Position numbers and translations under genes: made by a program | Origin: Candidatus Latescibacterota bacterium | GTDB lineage: Bacteria; Latescibacterota; UBA2968 | NCBI GenBank assembly: GCA_965208125.1 | Contig: OZ242320.1 | Coordinates: 1,600,001-1,664,000, forward strand | Length of the DNA stretch: 64,000 bases | Direction: 5' to 3' | Shown here: one piece after another, positions 58,178 to 64,000 of the stretch | Layout of the letters: the number at the start of each line of letters is the position of its first letter | Position numbering within the stretch: the first letter of the stretch is position 1 | The notes under the pieces: generated by a model | Databases searched by the model: none | Told to the model about the DNA's origin: nothing | Seen by the model: only the letters and a program-made list of their open reading frames with translations

Positions 58178-58909
58178 ATGAAAGTCGTAATCTACGGAAG
58201 CAACGGCCAGTTGGGACCGCACGTAGTCAAAGCACTGGAAGGACATGTAGATCTGCGCTTAACCGACCTGGAGCCATTTGACACCCCGCACGAAATGATG
58301 ATCGTAGATGTATCAGACCCCGATGCGGTCGCGCGCGCGGCAGAGGGCATGGACGCAATCATCAACCTATCGGTCTTGCGCCCCCACCGCCAGATCGCCT
58401 TTGATGTCAACACCCTGGGATGCTACAACATCATGCGCGCAGCGGTCGCACACGGGATCCCGCGGGTCATCAACACAGGACCGCACTTCACCGTACAGGG
58501 CGCACCCTACGAGGCACTGGATTACAACCTCGGTCCCGATGTCCCCCCCAAACCCAGCACAAATCTGTACGCCCTATCCAAGGGCCTGGGACAAGAAATC
58601 TGCCGAATCTTTGCCGAGCAGAGCGACGTCTATGTATTGTGCTACTTATTCTACATCTTCTGCTATCACGACGACCTGTCGAGACCCGGACTGAACCGCC
58701 CGTTCCTCGTAACCTGGCGAGATGCGTCAGCCGCGTTCTTACCGGGCCTGACCATCGACCTCAAAACCCTGCCCTCGCAATGCGAAGTCTTCAACATCTT
58801 TGCAAACCGACCACACCAGAAATTCTCAAACGAAAAAGCAAAGCACATTCTGGGATGGCAGCCGAAGGATGATCTGACGCATACCTATACAAAGGAAAAC
58901 AGAACATGA
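58178..58909 (+). CDS. NAD-dependent epimerase/dehydratase (uronate dehydrogenase-like)
   Basis: GSNGQLG, LRLTD, YALSK. Confidence 0.82.
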   Translation: MKVVIYGSNGQLGPHVVKALEGHVDLRLTDLEPFDTPHEMMIVDVSDPDAVARAAEGMDAIINLSVLRPHRQIAFDVNTLGCYNIMRAAVAHGIPRVINTGPHFTVQGAPYEALDYNLGPDVPPKPSTNLYALSKGLGQEICRIFAEQSDVYVLCYLFYIFCYHDDLSRPGLNRPFLVTWRDASAAFLPGLTIDLKTLPSQCEVFNIFANRPHQKFSNEKAKHILGWQPKDDLTHTYTKENRT

Positions 58910-60135
58910 AAATCCGACCCGACCTCGTCCCGGAGACCGAGCGGAACAACCTCGAAGTCATCCAGCTCACGGATGAAACGGTCCCCTCATCACACATCTA
59001 CATGGAAGCGCAGATCTTCACGCCCGACTCCCAGCGGCTAATCATTCACCGATCTGCACATCCCCACGGCTCTGACCCAAAAGACCCGGAGCACCAATTC
59101 CTCATCTGCGACCTCGAAGACCATTGCAGCTTAACGCCCATCACCACCGAACTTGGAGCCACGGGACCATCCATCTCGCCCGATGGCGAATGGCTCTACT
59201 ACTTCGTCAACGAAACAGAGTCTGGAGGCGGACGCCTGACACTCAAGCGCGTCAAAATGGACGGAACAGAACGCGACATCATCTATGTCCTGGACCACCC
59301 CATACCCGATACCGACTTCAGATTGAGCCGACCGTATCCGCTCTCGACAATCTCATCCGATGGCAAGCGCATCGCAATCTCGGGATTCCTCGGCGACGGC
59401 AAAACCGCAGGCGCGCCCTGGGGCCTCCTCGTCTTTGACATTGAAAAACCATCCGTACGCCTGATCTTTCACGGACCCTCCTGGTGCAACATCCACCCAC
59501 AATACACGCGCCAGATGGACCCTATCGCCTCCCACGACATCATGATCCAGGAAAACCACGGCAACACGGCAACACCCGACGGCAGCGTAGAAACGCTCGT
59601 CAGTGGGCAGGGCGCAGACATCCACCTGATCCGTGACGACGGCACCGCACTGCGCGACTTTCCCTGGGGACGGGACGGAAACGAATTCTGCCAGGGGCAT
59701 CAATGCTGGCAGGGACAAAGCGACATCGCCATCACCAGCACCAGCACACGCGAACCCGCCGAAAGACAACTCATCTCCGGACGCGCTGCGCCTCACGTCG
59801 GCGACGAAGGCATCAACACCCCGGGTGGCTGGCGAAACGACCTGTCCCGATCCTTCGACGCGCCCGACTTCTGCCACTTCGCAACAGACATCGACGGAAA
59901 GCGGTTAATCACAGACGCAGGTCCAATAGATGCGGGCGGAGCCGTCTGGCTATTCGACCTCCCCGAAGAAAAGGAAGGCGCGCTCGCAAACGCGCGGAAA
60001 GTCGCAGACCCCGGATCGTCCTGGCAAAAGCACACACACATCCATCCCTTTCTCTCTCCGGATGGACAGTCGGGCTTCTTCAACTCCGATGAAAGCGGAA
60101 CATTACAGGCGTATATGGTGCGCGGTTGGTCTTAA
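58906..60135 (+). CDS. Oligogalacturonate lyase/TolB-like beta-propeller protein
   Basis: HIY....FTPDS, HPQ, H..W, H.HP.LSPDG...FFNSD..G. Confidence 0.7.
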   Translation: MKIRPDLVPETERNNLEVIQLTDETVPSSHIYMEAQIFTPDSQRLIIHRSAHPHGSDPKDPEHQFLICDLEDHCSLTPITTELGATGPSISPDGEWLYYFVNETESGGGRLTLKRVKMDGTERDIIYVLDHPIPDTDFRLSRPYPLSTISSDGKRIAISGFLGDGKTAGAPWGLLVFDIEKPSVRLIFHGPSWCNIHPQYTRQMDPIASHDIMIQENHGNTATPDGSVETLVSGQGADIHLIRDDGTALRDFPWGRDGNEFCQGHQCWQGQSDIAITSTSTREPAERQLISGRAAPHVGDEGINTPGGWRNDLSRSFDAPDFCHFATDIDGKRLITDAGPIDAGGAVWLFDLPEEKEGALANARKVADPGSSWQKHTHIHPFLSPDGQSGFFNSDESGTLQAYMVRGWS

Positions 60136-60141
60136 ACAAAA

Positions 60142-62088
60142 TTGAAAGGAGATACCAAATTGATTCCCCGACAAGTGCTATTCGGCAACCCGGAAAAATC
60201 CATGGCTCGGATCAGTCCCGACGGCGAGTATCTGAGCTACCTCGCGCCAGTGGATGGCGTCTTGAACGTCTGGATCGCCACAGTAGAAGATCCTGACTCA
60301 GCCAGACCGATCACCAAAGACGCGGAACGCGGCATCCGCTACTACGACTGGACCTATGATGGCCAGCACATCCTGTACTACCAGGATGCAAAGGGCGATG
60401 AAGACTGGCATGTGTACGCCACCAATATCGCCACAGGCGAGACCCGAGACCTGACGCCCTTTGAAAAAGTCAACGCGCAGATTCTCTCGGTCAATGAAAA
60501 GACGCCCAACGAAATCCTGGTCGGCATCAACAACCGCAATCCGCAGCTACACGACGTCTATCGAATCGAGCTTTCCACTGGCGAGCGGACCCTCGTCGAA
60601 GAGAATCCGGGCTTTGTCTCTTACCTGTTCGACAACGACGACCGCACGCGTTTTGCCATGACATTTTCGCCGACCGGGGGACAGGAGATCCTCCGACGGG
60701 ACGAGAACAACCAGTGGCAACCCTTCATAGAGGTCCCCAACACCGACGCCCTGACGACCTATCTGACCGGCTTCGACAAATCAAACCAGATCCTCTATAT
60801 GATCGACAGCCGCAAGCGAAACACAGCCGCCTTGTTCACCCTCGATCTGGAATCTGGCAAACAAGAACTGGTGGCCGAGGACGACCGCGCGGATGTGGGC
60901 GGGATATTGGTTCATCCGACAGAGAAACATGTGCAAGCCGTGTCGTTCATTTACGACCGCAACCGCTGGCACGTGCTGGACCCGGCGATACAAGAGGACC
61001 TGGATTACTTGCACGCGGTGGAAGACGGCGAATTGTCCATCACCAGCCGCACGCTCGACGACCGCTTGTGGACAGTGGCCTACGTCCTGGACAACGGGCC
61101 GGTCAAATACTACCTGTACGACCGCACCAGAAAGCAGGCGAATTACCTGTTCAGCAACCGCACGGACCTGGACGAATACCAACTGGCCAGGATGCATTCG
61201 CTGAACATCAAATCCCGCGACGGATGGAATCTGGTCAGCTATCTGACGCTCCCCCCCGACAGCGCCCCCGACGGCGACGCTCGGCCGAGCAATCCGGTAC
61301 CGCTGGTTTTACTGGTTCACGGGGGTCCCTGGGGACGCGACATCTGGGGCTACGATCCGCAGCATCAATGGCTGTCAAACCGCGGTTACGCCGTGCTGAG
61401 CGTCAACTTCCGCGGCTCGACCGGCTTCGGCAAGGAATTCACCAACGCCGGCAATGGCGAGTGGGCCGGCAAAATGCACGACGACCTGATTGACGCTGTC
61501 AACTGGGCGATCCGCGAAAAGATCACGCAGCGCGACCAGGTGGCGATAATGGGCGGCAGCTACGGCGGATACGCGACCCTGGTCGGATTGACCTTCACCC
61601 CCGAGACATTCGTCTGCGGCGTCGATATTGTCGGCCCGAGCAACCTCGTCACGCTACTACAAAACGTGCCGCCTTATTGGGTTCCGATCCTGCCGATGAT
61701 GAAAGACCGCGTAGGTGACTGGACCACAGAGGAGGGCCAGCAATCCTTGCTGGACAAATCACCGCTCGCGCGCGTAGATCAGATCCAGCGGCCGCTGCTG
61801 ATCGGCCAGGGAGCCAACGACCCGCGCGTCAAGCAAGTCGAATCCGATCAAATCGTCGAGGCGATGAAACAAAAAAACATCCCCGTGACCTACGTGCTTT
61901 ATCCGGACGAAGGGCACGGATTCGCACGACCGGAAAACCGATTGTCGTTTTACGCCGTCGCTGAGGCGTTCTTATCTGAGCACCTGAGCGGACGGTTTGA
62001 ACCGGTCGGAGAGGACTTTCAAGGATCGAAAATTCAGGTACCAGAAGGCGCGGACCAGGTCCCCGGACTTCAGACGGCCCTGACGTAA
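60142..62088 (+). CDS. S9 family peptidase (dipeptidyl aminopeptidase/acylaminoacyl peptidase)
   Basis: VHGGPW, GGSYGG, NDPRV, DEGHG; exact start uncertain. Confidence 0.95.
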   Translation: MKGDTKLIPRQVLFGNPEKSMARISPDGEYLSYLAPVDGVLNVWIATVEDPDSARPITKDAERGIRYYDWTYDGQHILYYQDAKGDEDWHVYATNIATGETRDLTPFEKVNAQILSVNEKTPNEILVGINNRNPQLHDVYRIELSTGERTLVEENPGFVSYLFDNDDRTRFAMTFSPTGGQEILRRDENNQWQPFIEVPNTDALTTYLTGFDKSNQILYMIDSRKRNTAALFTLDLESGKQELVAEDDRADVGGILVHPTEKHVQAVSFIYDRNRWHVLDPAIQEDLDYLHAVEDGELSITSRTLDDRLWTVAYVLDNGPVKYYLYDRTRKQANYLFSNRTDLDEYQLARMHSLNIKSRDGWNLVSYLTLPPDSAPDGDARPSNPVPLVLLVHGGPWGRDIWGYDPQHQWLSNRGYAVLSVNFRGSTGFGKEFTNAGNGEWAGKMHDDLIDAVNWAIREKITQRDQVAIMGGSYGGYATLVGLTFTPETFVCGVDIVGPSNLVTLLQNVPPYWVPILPMMKDRVGDWTTEEGQQSLLDKSPLARVDQIQRPLLIGQGANDPRVKQVESDQIVEAMKQKNIPVTYVLYPDEGHGFARPENRLSFYAVAEAFLSEHLSGRFEPVGEDFQGSKIQVPEGADQVPGLQTALT

Positions 62089-62099
62089 ATGAGAACCAC

Positions 62100-63065
62100 A
62101 TGCCAATCTCCCTCAACCCCATCCGCGACGACCTGATCACCTGGGCGGAATCCCTCCATCTCCCGGACACCGGAGCCTTCCGCAATGGCGACGCACCTGT
62201 GCCCAGCCTTCCCAGCACCCTCTTCATCACCTATATTTTATACAGCATAAACGCGCTCGACGCAGTCGTGCTTAACCGCACAAAATGGATCGCCTGGATC
62301 CTGTCACAACAAAGCGAACAAGACGGATCCTTTGCCTTCCCACCCTCAGACAGGCGAGGGATCGCCCTCTGGAACGCAGTTCGCGCACTCAACATACTGG
62401 GCGCCCAGATCCTCCGATTCCCCGACGACCAGCGCAACGCAACAACCGTCACCGGACTCCACCAGTGGTTCAAAACGTGGAAAGCATCTGGCGACACCCA
62501 TCACGAGGTCCTCGCGCGCGTACCCATGCTCGTCAGCCATCCAGACCCCGCGTGGGCCAACGCTTTCTTCGACGAACTCGCCGCACAACAGCACCCCGCG
62601 CTCGGAACATGGCCCGCTGAAGGACCCACCAACATCAGCCGCACATTTGCCTACAGCCTGATCTACACAGGAATGGACAAACTCCCGCCACAACCTGAGA
62701 AAATTATAGATGCCATGCTAACTCTCCAGGAGAAAAACGGCTTCTGGCACGGACGTCCCAACTTTTCAACCATGGACGCGGTCTATCTCCTATCCCGACT
62801 GCCAAAAGCCACCGGGTGGCGCGAGACAGAAGCAAACGCCGCGCTACACCGCACAGCAGATGCACTCATCCCCTATTACAAAGCGCACGCAGAACGCGAC
62901 AAGCAGGACACCCATCAATTCGCGGCCACCGTACAAACACTCGCCCTGCTATACGAAGCATTGCCCCGGCGATTTACAACATCGCACCCGTGGCGATTCG
63001 GATGGAGCAACAAAGCGTTCTGGCAATGCCGCGTAATCAAAGAGAAACTAACCGTCCATTATTAA
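62100..63065 (+). CDS. Prenyltransferase/squalene-cyclase-repeat (alpha/alpha barrel) protein
   Basis: QW-like motifs QQSEQDGSF, QQHPALGTW, LQEKNGFW. Confidence 0.6.
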   Translation: MPISLNPIRDDLITWAESLHLPDTGAFRNGDAPVPSLPSTLFITYILYSINALDAVVLNRTKWIAWILSQQSEQDGSFAFPPSDRRGIALWNAVRALNILGAQILRFPDDQRNATTVTGLHQWFKTWKASGDTHHEVLARVPMLVSHPDPAWANAFFDELAAQQHPALGTWPAEGPTNISRTFAYSLIYTGMDKLPPQPEKIIDAMLTLQEKNGFWHGRPNFSTMDAVYLLSRLPKATGWRETEANAALHRTADALIPYYKAHAERDKQDTHQFAATVQTLALLYEALPRRFTTSHPWRFGWSNKAFWQCRVIKEKLTVHY

Positions 63066-63069
63066 CACA

Positions 63070-63327
63070 CGAAAACGGGTCAAGTCCAAGATACGAACAC
63101 TGGATGAGGCCCAGTTCCCAACGGCATTCGGCTTGGCGATGGAAGCAGAGGAATACACACAGGTAAGGGAGAAGCAGGTCAAAGAGGCACTATCGGACAT
63201 GGAGCATCTGGGGCTGGACGATCTACTGATGAACCTGATGACCTCAGCATGGACATTATAGATCAAGAACAGAACGCAGACAGGACCTGGTCTGGGGATC
63301 GAACTCGACGAAAGCGGTCGTCAATAA
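63070..63327 (+). pseudogene. Gene debris ending in an enolase-superfamily C-terminal motif
   Basis: Frame without a start, TAG at 63259, then TGPGLGIELDE. Confidence 0.4.
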
Positions 63328-63480
63328 ACATCGTGCGTGACTACTCCCAACGGTAGAGCAGTTGGGCTTCTTGGCGGTCAATCCGCCTGACGTTGTAGCC
63401 CCAACGTCAATATGTTTATCGCAGCATTGTGGTCTCTGTCCGTCTTATAGCCACACGCCTTGCAATGATGCACACGCTCA
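63320..63480 (-). ncRNA. Predicted TnpB omegaRNA/reRNA (boundaries approximate)
   Basis: Expected from TnpB biology; hairpins GGCGG..CCGCC and CCCAAC..GTTGGG lie at the 3' end of tnpB. Confidence 0.55.
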
Positions 63481-64000
63481 GAAAGTGCTTTCTTCTCTCT
63501 ATGTCCGCATGCAGAGCAATCTTGTGACGTATATTCAGGATCAACGGCCTTGAATCCAATACCAGCCTCTTCCGCTTTGTATTTGAGACAGTGCCGAAAC
63601 AGGGACCATGCTACGTCTGCTATTGATTTAGCCAATCGCTTGTTCTTTTGCATCTCTTTAACGTCCAATTTCTCTACGGCTATGAATCCGTGACGATTGA
63701 CCATTTTTCTTGATTCTTGATGAGCAAAGTTATGTCGTTTATTACGGATACGCTCATGCACTCTACCAATGACTTTACGACGCTTTTCTCTTACGGCGTC
63801 CGTCTTAGGTCTTTTTTTTACCGCGTCCCATTTGCGCTGTGCTCTCTTCAGAGACTTTTCCTCTTTGCGAAAGAATCGCTGATTCTCTATTTTCTGTCCG
63901 TCACTGGTCACAGCAAAGGAATTGAGACCCACATCAATGCCAACAGCAGAGTTAGTGTTTGGTTTCTTATCTTTTTCGCCAATATCGCAAGAGATAGATA
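63337..64000 (-). mobile_element. IS200/IS605-family element, right part
   Basis: tnpB followed by the right end AGAAGCCCAAC-loop-GTTGGGAGTAGTCAC (subterminal hairpin, terminal TCAC). Confidence 0.88.
63378..63998 (-). CDS. tnpB: RNA-guided endonuclease TnpB (5' end outside the window)
   Basis: VGIDVG (RuvC-I), IAVEKL (RuvC-II), TSQDCSACG..CKACG zinc finger, DRDHNAAINI (RuvC-III). Confidence 0.95.
   Translation of the reverse strand, partial: SISCDIGEKDKKPNTNSAVGIDVGLNSFAVTSDGQKIENQRFFRKEEKSLKRAQRKWDAVKKRPKTDAVREKRRKVIGRVHERIRNKRHNFAHQESRKMVNRHGFIAVEKLDVKEMQKNKRLAKSIADVAWSLFRHCLKYKAEEAGIGFKAVDPEYTSQDCSACGHREKKALSERVHHCKACGYKTDRDHNAAINILTLGLQRQAD

Noticed and set aside
62100-63065. Squalene-hopene cyclase / terpene cluster
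   Set aside because: Too short, no DXDD motif and no isoprenoid genes adjacent
63259-63261. Pyrrolysine or read-through at an in-frame TAG
   Set aside because: The surrounding frame has no start or coherent family; gene debris is the simpler explanation

Overview
Bacterial chromosomal window with diderm features (Lol-type permeases, outer-membrane porin). The gene content (sulfatase, PhyH dioxygenases, DUF6785-type membrane protein, repeat-rich secreted protein, many TA fragments) resembles sponge-associated Latescibacterota/Poribacteria-like genomes, which is inference only. Main contents: (1) a cytochrome c maturation operon ccmE-F-H-(I-like)-(accessory)-A-B-C-D with a Cys-type CcmE (CPSKY), interrupted twice by foreign DNA, first by an EEP-nuclease plus small-partner cassette with TA remnants and then by a decayed Rpn locus with a partial duplicate; (2) a toxin-antitoxin scrapyard (14.8-17.6 kb) that hides an unannotated Rdx/SelW selenoprotein with an in-frame TGA and a SECIS-like hairpin; (3) housekeeping genes (M32 carboxypeptidase, nucleoside hydrolase, rsgA, two LolC/E-type permeases); (4) a secreted protein with 10 near-identical repeats whose two loops are mosaic-variable; (5) many sugar-acid enolases, dehydrogenases and dioxygenases; (6) a complete urea uptake and urease operon (urtA-porin-urtBCDE-ureAB-C-F-G-D) with plant/fungal-like UreAB and UreG and no ureE; (7) several REP/MITE-like repeat families and the 3' part of an IS200/IS605 tnpB with its right end. 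No rRNA, tRNA or CRISPR array was seen. All assignments come from motif recognition by eye, without database searches.
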